A stretch of 64,000 nt of DNA from Alphaproteobacteria bacterium (GCA_031291435.1 JARLJC010000108.1:6852-70851), one strand, 5' to 3'. Counted from the stretch's first letter, positions 1 to 9,014 are shown. Translations and numbers: made by a program. Notes: generated by a model from the sequence alone, not told the origin.

Positions 1-1
1 G

Positions 2-136
2 GGCGCGATCGGCTGGAATCTGACTGCCGAACAGGTCGCCGCGCTCGACGCCGCCAGCGCGCGCATGCCGGTTTATCCCTATTGGCACCAGATGGGGTTC
101 GACAGCCGTAATCCCAAGCCGGTGAAATGGGCGTAA
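2..136 (+). CDS. Aldo/keto reductase, C-terminal fragment (5' end outside the window)
   Basis: Frame 2 is open from the window edge: GAIGWNLTAEQVAALDAASARMPVYPYWHQMGFDSRNPKPVKWA*. The LTxEQ..LD...YPYWHQ tail is typical of AKR C-termini as I recall them. Confidence 0.5.
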   Translation, partial: GAIGWNLTAEQVAALDAASARMPVYPYWHQMGFDSRNPKPVKWA

Positions 137-156
137 AGCCGGAGATCAACAAGAGC

Positions 157-232
157 GGTCATTCCGCAAAATTTTCTCTTCGCTCTTACCCGCGTCAGCG
201 GGGAAGGCGAAAGAAAATTTGTCCGGAATGAC
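157..232. terminator. Long imperfect inverted repeat between convergent genes (bidirectional terminator or REP-like element)
   Basis: Arm 157-183 is ggtcattccgcaaaattttctcttcgc. Arm 207-232 is gcgaaagaaaatttgtccggaatgac. The arms are nearly complementary, giving a stem of about 25 bp and a loop of about 23 nt. Confidence 0.4.
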
Positions 233-253
233 AGCTTCTGTTGTGGGCCGCGA

Positions 254-1690
254 CTACTGGTTCCCAGAAGCGTTGCTCTGCCAGCCGCCGCCGAGACTCT
301 TATAAAGCGCGACCAGATTTTGCGATGTCATCGCCTCCGCATCTGTGGCCTGTTTCTGCGCCGTATATAATGTACGTTCCGCATCCAGCACTTCGATGAA
401 GGAAGTCAGGCCCTGCTTGTAACGCTGCCGCGCGATGCCGGCGGCTTCGGCATCTTTGACCACGGCGGTCAGCGCGGATTGCAGGAATTTCTGCTCCTCG
501 GTGTAGGAGGACAGCGATTTATTGACATCCGACAACGATCCCAGAATGGTTTTCTGATAACTCGCCATCGCTTCCTGCTGTTGTGCATTGGCGGTGTCGA
601 GATTGGCCGAGAGCGTGCCGTAATTGAGGATCGGCCATAAAATACCGCCGCTCGCCAGCCACGATTCATTGGCGGGCGAAATCAAACCGGTGGCGCTGGT
701 GTTAAGCGCGCCGAAGAAACCCGACAGCGAAATTTTGGGAAAGAACTGCGCCACCGCGACGCCCTGCTGCGCCGTCGCCGCCGCCAGATTGCGTTCCGCA
801 ACGCGGATATCGGGACGCTGGGCGATCACGGAAGCCGGTGCGGCCAGCGCGACCTGTTTATTGGAAGTGGGAATGGGTGCGTCGGATGTGATGATCTTCT
901 GGGTGGCGCCCGGCTGTTCGCCCAGCAGCACATCCATATCATATTCATCCTGCGCCAGGCGGTCGCGCATCACCGGCAGCTGGGTTTGCGCCTGCTGCAG
1001 CGCGGCTTCGGCTTGCGTCACGTCGAGACCGGGGGCGATACCCGCTTTGACGCGCTGCCCGGCGATATCGAGGGTTTTCCGGTCGGCGGCGACGGTGTCC
1101 TGCGCGATTTTCACCTGCGCCTGCGCCGCGCGGATATCGATATAAGTGCGCGCCACTTCTGCCATCAGGCTGACGCGGACATCGTCGCGGCTGGCTTCCG
1201 AAGCCTGCAATTGCGCCGCGGCGCGTTCTTCGCCGCGCCGGATGCCGCCGAACAGATCGATTTCCCAGCTGGCGTCGAAACCGGCGGTGAAAATATTGAA
1301 GGGTTTGTGCAGCGATTGGCCGAGGGTGCTGCCCTTCTCATCGGGGAAGGCCATCTGGTTGGCTTCGCGCGTGGCGGAACCTTTGACGTCGCCCTGCGGC
1401 AGGAAGGCCGCGTCGGTAAGGGAAACGCCGGCGCGAGCCGCCGCGATGCGCGCTTCGGCGATTTTCAGATCGAAATTCTGCGAAGCGGCCTTGTCGATCA
1501 ATTGAGTCAGAACCGGGTCGTTGAAATTTTTCCACCATTCCTGATCGATGGCGGCTTTGGCATCGGCGGCGGCCTGGCTTTGCGCGTTCCAGTCGGCGGG
1601 CAGCGCAGTTTCGGGCTTTTCGTAATCGGGCCCGACAGCGCATGACGCCAGCGCGAGAAGAAGAAAGGCGGATACGGGGGCGAATTTCAT
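254..1690 (-). CDS. Efflux outer-membrane lipoprotein, NodT/OMF family
   Basis: 478 aa with a lipoprotein signal peptide and lipobox (LLLALASC). OMF-like sequence throughout. It is the last gene of the efflux operon, 8 nt after the MFS gene. Confidence 0.9.
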   Translation of the reverse strand: MKFAPVSAFLLLALASCAVGPDYEKPETALPADWNAQSQAAADAKAAIDQEWWKNFNDPVLTQLIDKAASQNFDLKIAEARIAAARAGVSLTDAAFLPQGDVKGSATREANQMAFPDEKGSTLGQSLHKPFNIFTAGFDASWEIDLFGGIRRGEERAAAQLQASEASRDDVRVSLMAEVARTYIDIRAAQAQVKIAQDTVAADRKTLDIAGQRVKAGIAPGLDVTQAEAALQQAQTQLPVMRDRLAQDEYDMDVLLGEQPGATQKIITSDAPIPTSNKQVALAAPASVIAQRPDIRVAERNLAAATAQQGVAVAQFFPKISLSGFFGALNTSATGLISPANESWLASGGILWPILNYGTLSANLDTANAQQQEAMASYQKTILGSLSDVNKSLSSYTEEQKFLQSALTAVVKDAEAAGIARQRYKQGLTSFIEVLDAERTLYTAQKQATDAEAMTSQNLVALYKSLGGGWQSNASGNQ

Positions 1691-1698
1691 GGTTTCTC

Positions 1699-3237
1699 CT
1701 AATGCGCGGGCGCGGCGTCGGGGGCGGTTTTTTTAACGCGGCAGTTCGGCAGGAACAAAGCCGCGATGGCAAGGAAGGTGACGAGGATAGCCAGCAGCAG
1801 AAATGCGTCGCTGTAACTCAGGATCGTCGCCTGATTGAGAAGCTGGCGGTAAATCTGCCCGGCTGAAGAATGACTTGCGGCGATGCGATAGCCGACATTG
1901 TCGGGCCCGAGATTTTGCGCGAGGTAGGTCTGGTGCTTCTGCTCGTCGCGCGAAATATAGGACAGCAGCATGGCGATACCGAAACTGCCGCCAAGATTGC
2001 GCATCAGCGAATAAAGCGCCGAAGCCTTGCTGGATTTTTCCTTGGGAATGGCGCTGAACGCCATGGTGCTGACCGGAATGAACAGAAACGGCAAACCCGC
2101 GACCTGAAAAATCCGCATCGTCACGAAATGCGCATAATCGGTTTGCGGTGTGAAGTAATGCGTCATCATCATGCCGACGGCGGTAATCGCCATGCCCAGC
2201 GCGATCAGATAGCGGGCCTGTACTTTATTGACCAGCTTGCCGACGATCGGCATCAGGATGATAACCGCGAATCCGCCGGGCGACAGAACGAGGCCCGCCA
2301 AAGTCGCGTCATAACCGAATTGCGATTGCAGCAGGAGCGGCAGCAAAGTGCTGGCGCCGTAAAGGGTAAAGCCGACGAAGAAAATGGCGAGGCAGGCGGG
2401 GCCGAAAGTCGGGCTGGCGAGCAGGCGCAGATCGACGATGGGGTCTTTCTGGCGCAGCAGCCACATCATGCAGGCGGCGAGGCACAGCGCCGAAACCGCG
2501 GCGAAGAAAATGATGAAGTTGCTGTCGAACCAGTCGTCTTCCTGACCTTTATCGAGGAAGATTTGCAGGCAGCCCAGACCGATGGCAAGCAGGCTGAGCC
2601 CGATATAATCGATGCCCTTGCTGCCCTGCGCGCGGGCATGGGGCGGGTCGATGACCAGAGCGCGCACCAGCAGCACCGCCATGATGCCGACCGGCACATT
2701 CATAAAAAAGATCCAGCGCCAGCTGAAATTGTCGGTAATGAAACCGCCCAATGTCGGCCCGAGGATCGGCGCCACGATCATGGTGATACCGGTAATGCCG
2801 AAAGCGGTGCCGCGTTTTTCGGGCGGGAAGGAATCCATGATGATAGCCTGCTGCGTCGGCTGCAACCCGCCGCCCGCAAGGCCCTGCAACAAACGGAAGA
2901 CGATCAGCATCGGAAGGGACGTCGCGATGCCGCAGGCGAAGGACGCGACGGTAAAACCCGCGATGCACATCATAAAAAAGTTTTTGCGCCCCATGACGCC
3001 CGCCAGCCAGCCCGATAGCGGCAGCACGATGCCGTTGGCGACCAGATAGGAAGTCAGCACCCAGGTGCTTTCGTCCTGACTGGCGGCGAGGCTGCCCGCG
3101 ATATGCGACAGCGATACGTTGGTGATGGTGGTGTCCAGCACTTCCATGAAGGCGGCAAGGCTCACCACCATCGCTACCAGCATCGGATGCGCGGGCAGGG
3201 CTTCTTTCGCGGGCGCTGGGCTGGGCGCGTCGCTCAT
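1699..3237 (-). CDS. emrB: DHA2-family MFS multidrug efflux permease (EmrB/QacA type)
   Basis: 512 aa and highly hydrophobic, consistent with 14 TMS. Shows the EmrB-like N-terminus HPMLVAMVVSLAAFMEVLDTTITNVSL. 3-nt gap to the membrane-fusion gene. Confidence 0.88.
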   Translation of the reverse strand: MSDAPSPAPAKEALPAHPMLVAMVVSLAAFMEVLDTTITNVSLSHIAGSLAASQDESTWVLTSYLVANGIVLPLSGWLAGVMGRKNFFMMCIAGFTVASFACGIATSLPMLIVFRLLQGLAGGGLQPTQQAIIMDSFPPEKRGTAFGITGITMIVAPILGPTLGGFITDNFSWRWIFFMNVPVGIMAVLLVRALVIDPPHARAQGSKGIDYIGLSLLAIGLGCLQIFLDKGQEDDWFDSNFIIFFAAVSALCLAACMMWLLRQKDPIVDLRLLASPTFGPACLAIFFVGFTLYGASTLLPLLLQSQFGYDATLAGLVLSPGGFAVIILMPIVGKLVNKVQARYLIALGMAITAVGMMMTHYFTPQTDYAHFVTMRIFQVAGLPFLFIPVSTMAFSAIPKEKSSKASALYSLMRNLGGSFGIAMLLSYISRDEQKHQTYLAQNLGPDNVGYRIAASHSSAGQIYRQLLNQATILSYSDAFLLLAILVTFLAIAALFLPNCRVKKTAPDAAPAH

Positions 3238-3240
3238 GGA

Positions 3241-4329
3241 TTATTCCTTGTTATCGTCGGGTTGGTCGGCGGCGGCGTTATTGTTATTGCCGTCGCTGCC
3301 GGTATCGACGATAGGTTCGACCGACATGCCGGGTCCAAGCGCCAAAGCAGGGTCGGGCAATTTATCGAAGGTGATCTTGACCGGCACGCGCTGCACGATC
3401 TTGACGAAATTGCCGGTGGCGTTTTCAGGCGGGAAGGCCGAGAAGAACGCCCCCGTGCCCGATTGCACGCTGTCCACCTTGCCGGTGAATTTCTGGCCGG
3501 GATAGGCGTCGATGGTGATTGTCGCCTTCTGGCCGGGGCGCATATGCGTCAATTGCGTTTCCTTGAAATTGGCGATTACCCACAGATCGTCGCCCACCAA
3601 TGAACCCAGCGACTGCGCGGCCTTGACGTAATCGCCGCGCTCCACCGCGCGGCGGGTGATGCGGCCATCCATCGGGGCGATGATTTTGGTGTTGGCGAGA
3701 TCGAGTTCCGCCTGATCGAGATCGGCCTGCGCCTGCTTGACCTGCGCCGCCAGTTTGTCGGTATTGGCCTGCGCTTCGGCAATCGTCTTGGGCGCGGTTT
3801 GCGCGGTGCGCAATTTCGCCTGCGCGTCGTCGAGCACCGACTTGGCCGATTTTTCGGCGGCCACGGCTTCGTCGAGCTGCTGGCGGCTACGCGCTTCGTT
3901 GCTCAGGCTCTGCATGCGCTGCAAATCGTTGGCGGCTTTCTGCCAGTTGGCCTGCGCGGCATCGACCTGCGCCTGCGCCCCGGCCAGGTTGGAAGGCGCC
4001 GAAATATCGGTCGTGGCGGCGCTGTTCTGCGCGGCTTCCAGCGCGGCCTGCGCGGCGGCGAGGGAAGCGGCGGCGGCGTCACGGCGCGTGATGTAATCGG
4101 CCGGATCGATTTCCAGCAGTACGTCGCCCGCTTTCACTTCCTGATTATCGTTGATGCCGAGATTTTTGACATAACCCTCGATCTTGGGGCTGATCGTCAC
4201 CGTGCGGCCGTCGATGGCGGCGTCGTCGGTCGATTGTTCGTTGCGGTGGATATAGATATAGGCACCCGCGCCCACGAGGACGGCGATAATGACGAGGGCG
4301 AGGAGAAGGCGCGAAGCGGTCGATTTCAT
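3241..4329 (-). CDS. emrA: HlyD/EmrA-family membrane fusion protein
   Basis: 362 aa with an N-terminal TM anchor, an Ala/Gln-rich coiled-coil hairpin and a C-terminal beta domain. Its start overlaps the tetR stop by 4 nt. Confidence 0.88.
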   Translation of the reverse strand: MKSTASRLLLALVIIAVLVGAGAYIYIHRNEQSTDDAAIDGRTVTISPKIEGYVKNLGINDNQEVKAGDVLLEIDPADYITRRDAAAASLAAAQAALEAAQNSAATTDISAPSNLAGAQAQVDAAQANWQKAANDLQRMQSLSNEARSRQQLDEAVAAEKSAKSVLDDAQAKLRTAQTAPKTIAEAQANTDKLAAQVKQAQADLDQAELDLANTKIIAPMDGRITRRAVERGDYVKAAQSLGSLVGDDLWVIANFKETQLTHMRPGQKATITIDAYPGQKFTGKVDSVQSGTGAFFSAFPPENATGNFVKIVQRVPVKITFDKLPDPALALGPGMSVEPIVDTGSDGNNNNAAADQPDDNKE

Positions 4330-5003
4330 TTTTTATCCGTTTCTTGAGAGGACAGACAGGGGCGATAAGCGGCAAGGAAGAAGGTCACGGTGTTCCGCAC
4401 ATGCGCTGCGATTTCGGCTTCCGTCGGCACCGGCGCCATCAGCAAAAGAGTGCGGATAAGTTTCTCGCCTTTGAGGACGCTGAAAAACTGCTCGGTGGCG
4501 AGGGCGGCGTCGGGAATGGCAAGAGTGCCGCGCTCATCATAGGCGCGCAGCAGATCGGCGAATGCCACGCGGATGCGTTTCGGCCCGCTTTCATAAAAAG
4601 ATTTCACCACTTCGGGATGATGCACGGCCTCGGCATGGATGATGCGCTGCAGGCGGATGGAATCTTCGCGGAAAATGATCGCGGCCACGGTCGCGGCGAT
4701 TTGCGTCAGCGCCTGCTCGGGCGGCAGCGCGGTCAGCTCGGTAAAATCCCGTGGCAGTTTCATCTGGTCGCAGCGATAGGCCATGATCGCGCGGAACAGT
4801 TCCGATTTATCGGCGAAATGGCTGTAGATCGTCAGTTTCGAAACGCCCGCCTGCTTGGCCACCGCTTCCATGCTGGTCAGTTCATAGCCGTTTTGCAGGA
4901 AAAGATGCGTTGCGGCCATCACGATTTCTTCGCGTTTAGCGCCGTCTTTCGGCCGTCCATGGCGGGAAACTATTGTTTCTACAGTCATATTCACGTTTTT
5001 CAT
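4326..5003 (-). CDS. TetR/AcrR-family transcriptional repressor
   Basis: 225 aa. The N-terminal TetR HTH reads REEIVMAATHLFLQNGYELTSMEAVAKQAGVSKLTIYSHFADK. It is the first gene of the efflux operon. Confidence 0.9.
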   Translation of the reverse strand: MKNVNMTVETIVSRHGRPKDGAKREEIVMAATHLFLQNGYELTSMEAVAKQAGVSKLTIYSHFADKSELFRAIMAYRCDQMKLPRDFTELTALPPEQALTQIAATVAAIIFREDSIRLQRIIHAEAVHHPEVVKSFYESGPKRIRVAFADLLRAYDERGTLAIPDAALATEQFFSVLKGEKLIRTLLLMAPVPTEAEIAAHVRNTVTFFLAAYRPCLSSQETDKK

Positions 5004-5006
5004 ACT

Positions 5007-5049
5007 GTACCGATCGGTTTATTATGTAGATTAGTAAACCAACTGGTAC
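5007..5049. promoter_or_regulatory. Candidate TetR operator (43-bp imperfect palindrome)
   Basis: GTACC-gatc-GGTTTA...TAAACC-aact-GGTAC starts 4 nt upstream of the tetR start codon. It contains the perfect 10-bp palindrome ACCGATCGGT at 5009-5018. Confidence 0.4.
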
Positions 5050-5111
5050 TATAAAGGCAAGGCGAATTTTTTCGCAGCGCGTCTTGATAGGGTTTTGAGT
5101 TAAATAACGCT

Positions 5112-7427
5112 ATGGAAATACAGGCGGGGCAGAAAGAGAAACGGCTGTTCGAAGCTGCGGCGGGGCAGGAAACGCTGGGCGGGGGCCTGACTTTTTTGCG
5201 CCTGGTGCCTGCCGATTTCGCCACTACGCTCGAACGCATCCGTCAGGCGCATGACGCCCAACCGGCTTTTGTCACGGTAGTGCCCGATCAGGCGCACGAC
5301 AGAATTCTGTCCTACTGGATCAATCAATGGGGGCTGCGCGCCACCGACCGCACCGATTTTATTCTCAACGATATCACGGCGCTCGTGCGTATGAATGCGG
5401 GGGCGGAACATGCCACCTCGGTGCAGGTGGTGTTTCATAATGTCACCGATCCCGCCAGGCCTTTCCTGCCGCATGCGGGGTTGCGCCTGATTTACGATAT
5501 CTCGCCCAATGAACAAGGCTGGGCGATTGCGCAAATCTCGCCGGGGATGCGCGCGCGTCTCGGGCCGCAGGCGATGTTCGTCGATATCATCGCCATGCAG
5601 ACCATTGCCGATGCGGCGGAGAATGAAACCCAGCGGCATCATGTTTTTCTGGAAAAACTGGAAGCCTACAAAGCCGAACTGCGCACGAAAACGGTGGGGA
5701 TGAGCGAGCTGGCCAGCGACCTGCTCGCCAAGATGGTCGAAATCAATCCCTTCATCCTGAACAAGGATTACGAGCCGCCCTACCAGACCGGCGGCGCGGA
5801 AGTCGAATCGCATCCCCTGCCGCCGCCGCACGAAGGCGAAACCACGCGCGGGACCCATCTTCCCACCCGGGAAGAGCGTCTTCAGGAAAAACTCGAAGCG
5901 CCTCTCGGGGACGCAATGTTCGATCCGCGTCAGGCGGCCGAGGCGCTGGCGGTTTCCGGGCTCGAAGTCGCCGCCAGAAACGAAAGCACCCCGCGTTCCG
6001 ATCTCACCACGCATGAGCTTCACGAGCTGCACGTCGAAGAACGGCACGAAGGGCTGGAATCTCGCGCGGGAGCCGGTCTCGGCACCGCCGAAGCGCTCGA
6101 ACGCCGCCACGAAGCGGGTCGCTATGAAAGCCTGACGCAGGAAGGGCGCGAACCCTACGCCACCGATTATAAAGGCATGGGCCTGCCGACGCCGCTCGGC
6201 ATGCTGCCCGAAGAAAAACAGCAGCACATCATGCATCAGGTTCATCTGCTGTATGACGAGGATAAGAAAGAAGAAGCCTCGGCCATGGGCACGCTGGAAA
6301 TCGCGCGTCAGGGCTATGGGTCGGAACCGCATGCGGCGAGGGAATCCGATCTGCATACCGGCATCGCGGCCGATTTGATGAACGAACACCTGGAGGAGGG
6401 CGCCCGGGAAGGCGCGCCGCGCGCGGAAGCCGAACCGGCAGGGCCGCGCGAAGCAGCCGAAGCGCGGGAACAGACAGGGCCGCGCGAAGAATCCGCGCGT
6501 CAGGAACAGCCTGAACAGCGGGAAGAGCCTGCGGCGCGGCGGGAGGAAGCCGGTCAACGCGAGGAACCCCGTCAGCAGGAGCAGCCCGAGCAGCGTCAGG
6601 AATCGCAGCAGCAGGAACAGCGTCAGGAATCCCAGCGTCAGGAACAGCCCGAGCAGCGCGAAGAGCCTCAACAGCAGGAACAGCGGCAGGAATCGCGGCA
6701 AGAGGAACAGCCCGGTCAACGCGAGGAGCCCCAGCAGCAGGAACAACCCCAGCAACGTGAAGAATCAGGGCGGCAGGAATCTCAACGGCAGGAACAACCC
6801 GAACAACGCGAAGAACCCCGCCAGCAGGAACAGCCCGAACAGCAGGAAAGCCCGCAGCAGCAATCGGAGCGGCAAGGAACGGAGCAGCGCGAAGAGGCCA
6901 CAAGGAGAGAAAGCGAAGAAGCGCCCCAGCGGAACGCGGAAGAAAATCAGCGTCAGGAGCAGGCGGCGCGGGAGCAGGTAAAGCCCGAAACCGCCGAAGA
7001 CCTCAAGGGCAAAGTTGATGAAGCCAAGGAAAAGATGGGCGCGCCCGGAGATAAAATGCAGGAAGAAGCGCGCAGGGCCGCGGAAGAAAAAGACCGTCGC
7101 GACGAACCGGAACGGCCCGAGCAGCGCGCGGCGAACGAACAGGCGGCAGCCGCGGAAGAAACCCGCGCCGCCGCGCCGCCGCCTGATGATCGCCCGAGCT
7201 GGGACGATAACTGGGCCCGGCAGAACCAGTATGATCCCGGCGCTTTCCGCACCGCCGAGGCCGATTACAATTCAGCCGCATCGCAGCAGGAGACAAACCA
7301 GCAGCAAACCGATGCCGCGCGGCAGGCGGCGGACAGCGCCGACGCCAAAGCGCAGAAACATACATTCAGCCCACTTTTCGAAATGTTCAGCAACTTCCAT
7401 TTCCCTACCCCCGAAGGCCCGGAGTAA
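5112..7427 (+). CDS. Hypothetical protein with a long Glu/Gln/Arg/Pro low-complexity repeat region
   Basis: 771 aa with GC-rich third positions in this frame. The N-terminal ~230 aa look globular. The central-to-C-terminal part is extremely acidic and polar (QEQPEQREEPQQQEQRQES...). I recognise no family. Confidence 0.7.
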   Translation: MEIQAGQKEKRLFEAAAGQETLGGGLTFLRLVPADFATTLERIRQAHDAQPAFVTVVPDQAHDRILSYWINQWGLRATDRTDFILNDITALVRMNAGAEHATSVQVVFHNVTDPARPFLPHAGLRLIYDISPNEQGWAIAQISPGMRARLGPQAMFVDIIAMQTIADAAENETQRHHVFLEKLEAYKAELRTKTVGMSELASDLLAKMVEINPFILNKDYEPPYQTGGAEVESHPLPPPHEGETTRGTHLPTREERLQEKLEAPLGDAMFDPRQAAEALAVSGLEVAARNESTPRSDLTTHELHELHVEERHEGLESRAGAGLGTAEALERRHEAGRYESLTQEGREPYATDYKGMGLPTPLGMLPEEKQQHIMHQVHLLYDEDKKEEASAMGTLEIARQGYGSEPHAARESDLHTGIAADLMNEHLEEGAREGAPRAEAEPAGPREAAEAREQTGPREESARQEQPEQREEPAARREEAGQREEPRQQEQPEQRQESQQQEQRQESQRQEQPEQREEPQQQEQRQESRQEEQPGQREEPQQQEQPQQREESGRQESQRQEQPEQREEPRQQEQPEQQESPQQQSERQGTEQREEATRRESEEAPQRNAEENQRQEQAAREQVKPETAEDLKGKVDEAKEKMGAPGDKMQEEARRAAEEKDRRDEPERPEQRAANEQAAAAEETRAAAPPPDDRPSWDDNWARQNQYDPGAFRTAEADYNSAASQQETNQQQTDAARQAADSADAKAQKHTFSPLFEMFSNFHFPTPEGPE
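6480..6900 (+). repeat. Degenerate in-frame tandem repeats encoding (Q/E)-(Q/R)-E-(E/Q)-P/S-type units
   Basis: DNA units such as cagcgcgaagagcc / cagcaggaacagcc recur many times. They translate to REEPxQQEQPEQ-like units and create the long antisense shadow ORF 5100-6755. Confidence 0.7.
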
Positions 7428-7430
7428 AAA

Positions 7431-8339
7431 ATGAAATATCTTATTCACAGCGACTGCCCCGATTTTACTGCCGCCGCGATCATGCCCGGCGGGAAATTCA
7501 ACGGCGGATTCAACCTCGCCGAATATATCAAGGGCAAACTGGCCGTGCTGCTCTTCTATCCGCTCGATTTCAATTATGTGTCGGCTATGGAACTGCGTTC
7601 GGTGCAAAAACGCATCAAACAGTTCGAAGACGCCGGCGCCGTCGTCATCGGCATCAGCTGCGACTCGCACCTCGCGCATCAGACATGGGTCAATCTGCCG
7701 CCTGCCGCCGGCGGGGTCGGGCCGCTCGGTTTTCCTTTGGTGTCGGACATCACGCGCGGCATTTGCCGCTCGTTCGATCTGCTGGTCGCCGACGCCATCG
7801 CCGAATCTTCGAGCGTTATCGTGGACCGTAGCGGTCAGGTCGTGTTTCAGTCGCGCACCGATACGGCGATCGCCCGCAATGTCGATCGGCTGATTAAGGC
7901 GGTGCAATTGCTCGACGACGCCAAGGCGCCCGAAGCCAGCGCCGCGGAACAGATCATCAAACTGGAAGAAAATGCCGAGGCTTTGCGCGCCGCGGGCATG
8001 CATATTATCGCGCAAAGCGTCGATAGCGGCCTCGATGATCCCGCCTGGGACGCGTTATGGAAGAAATACCCGCGCGGCGCCGACGGCCAGCCGGGTCTGT
8101 CGTTCCCCTTCTTCGCCAACAAGCGCGAATGGACCAACACGCCGGGGCTCACTCTGGTGCTGCGCGAGGGGGCGCGGGGCCACGGCACCGGCCTGCTGGG
8201 GCCTGACGGGCAGATGTTGATGGAATTCCATTCCGCACGGCATGTGCCGCGCGATTTCGACGAAGTCATCAGATTGGCGCATGCGGCGCGTCGTCATATC
8301 GATACCGGCGAAGTCGTGTTGTGGGAAGCGGCGGCCTGA
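7431..8339 (+). CDS. Peroxiredoxin-fold (AhpC/TSA-like) protein lacking catalytic residues, with an extra C-terminal domain
   Basis: 302 aa. LLFYPLDFNYVSAMEL aligns with the Prx motif FYPxDFTFVCPTE, but Thr is Asn48 and the peroxidatic Cys is Ser51 (tcg, 7581-7583). The conserved Arg position is Ser126. It starts 3 nt after the preceding stop. Confidence 0.75.
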   Translation: MKYLIHSDCPDFTAAAIMPGGKFNGGFNLAEYIKGKLAVLLFYPLDFNYVSAMELRSVQKRIKQFEDAGAVVIGISCDSHLAHQTWVNLPPAAGGVGPLGFPLVSDITRGICRSFDLLVADAIAESSSVIVDRSGQVVFQSRTDTAIARNVDRLIKAVQLLDDAKAPEASAAEQIIKLEENAEALRAAGMHIIAQSVDSGLDDPAWDALWKKYPRGADGQPGLSFPFFANKREWTNTPGLTLVLREGARGHGTGLLGPDGQMLMEFHSARHVPRDFDEVIRLAHAARRHIDTGEVVLWEAAA

Positions 8340-8342
8340 TTT

Positions 8343-8579
8343 TTACTGCTCACCGGTTTTATCCTTGATCATATCGCCCAGTTTCTGGCCCGGCGTGCGG
8401 TCTTCGAGCTGGCGTTCGGCCTTGTCGGCGCCGTTGGGCAATTCGCGGATGGCGTCGCTGAGCTTGTCGGTAGCCGAACGTTGGTCAGGCATCGTCAGAT
8501 AGCGGTAACCCGCGAAAGCGGCGACGATAACGGCGGCGAGGATGATCAGCGAAAGGGTCGAAGGGCGTTGGGCAGACAT
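8343..8579 (-). CDS. Small membrane-anchored protein
   Basis: I prefer the internal ATG at 8579, preceded by GGAGA. The product is 78 aa (MSAQRPSTLSLIILAAVIVAAFAGY...), with one TM helix and a charged tail. Confidence 0.55.
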   Translation of the reverse strand: MSAQRPSTLSLIILAAVIVAAFAGYRYLTMPDQRSATDKLSDAIRELPNGADKAERQLEDRTPGQKLGDMIKDKTGEQ

Positions 8580-8701
8580 GCGATTCTCCGAAAGTTGATG
8601 CAGACATGCTAGCCGGATTTTGCCTTTCGTCAATTGCGGGAACCGGCTAGAAGGAGAGAGAGAGATTCCCCCCTCCCTTCCCTTTCCCCATGGAGATTCC
8701 A

Positions 8702-9004
8702 ATGACCAAGACCCGCGCCCTTCTGGCTTTCGCCTCGTTGCTCACCGTTATTTCCTGCGCCCCTATTCAGGGTCAGGAAACCGCCGGTCAATATGTCGAT
8801 GACGTCACCATCAGCAACAAGGTGCGCGCTGCTTTGGTCGCCGACAAGAATGTCAGCGCGACCCAGGTGCATGTTGAAACGCTGCAGGGTGTCGTCAATC
8901 TCACCGGCTTCGTGAAATCATCCACCGCCAAGGCGCGCGCCGAACAGCTGGCCGGGCAGGTGGCGGGCGTGAAATCGGTTCAGGACGATATCATCGTCAA
9001 ATAA
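8702..9004 (+). CDS. BON-domain lipoprotein (OsmY-like)
   Basis: ATG at 8702 follows GGAGA. Lipobox LLTVISC. The BON signature reads VDDVTISNKVRAAL...VHVETLQGVVNLTGFV...AGVKSVQDDI. Confidence 0.8.
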   Translation: MTKTRALLAFASLLTVISCAPIQGQETAGQYVDDVTISNKVRAALVADKNVSATQVHVETLQGVVNLTGFVKSSTAKARAEQLAGQVAGVKSVQDDIIVK

Positions 9005-9014
9005 GGCCGTCCGC

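Noticed and set aside
5100-6755. 551-aa minus-strand ORF (MLGLFLLLGLLALTGLFLL...)
   Set aside because: It is the antisense shadow of the Glu/Gln repeat gene. The Leu/Phe/Arg-only composition mirrors the GAA/CAG repeats. The plus-strand frame has the normal GC-rich third-position bias and a globular N-terminus.
6480-6900. Periodic DNA repeats considered as a CRISPR array or satellite
   Set aside because: The units are short, degenerate, in frame and uninterrupted by unique spacers. They encode the low-complexity region of a continuous ORF.
8639-8665. GGAAC motif upstream of the BON gene, considered as an EcfG general-stress promoter (GGAAC-N16/17-CGTT)
   Set aside because: No CGTT is found at the required spacing, so the promoter type cannot be supported.
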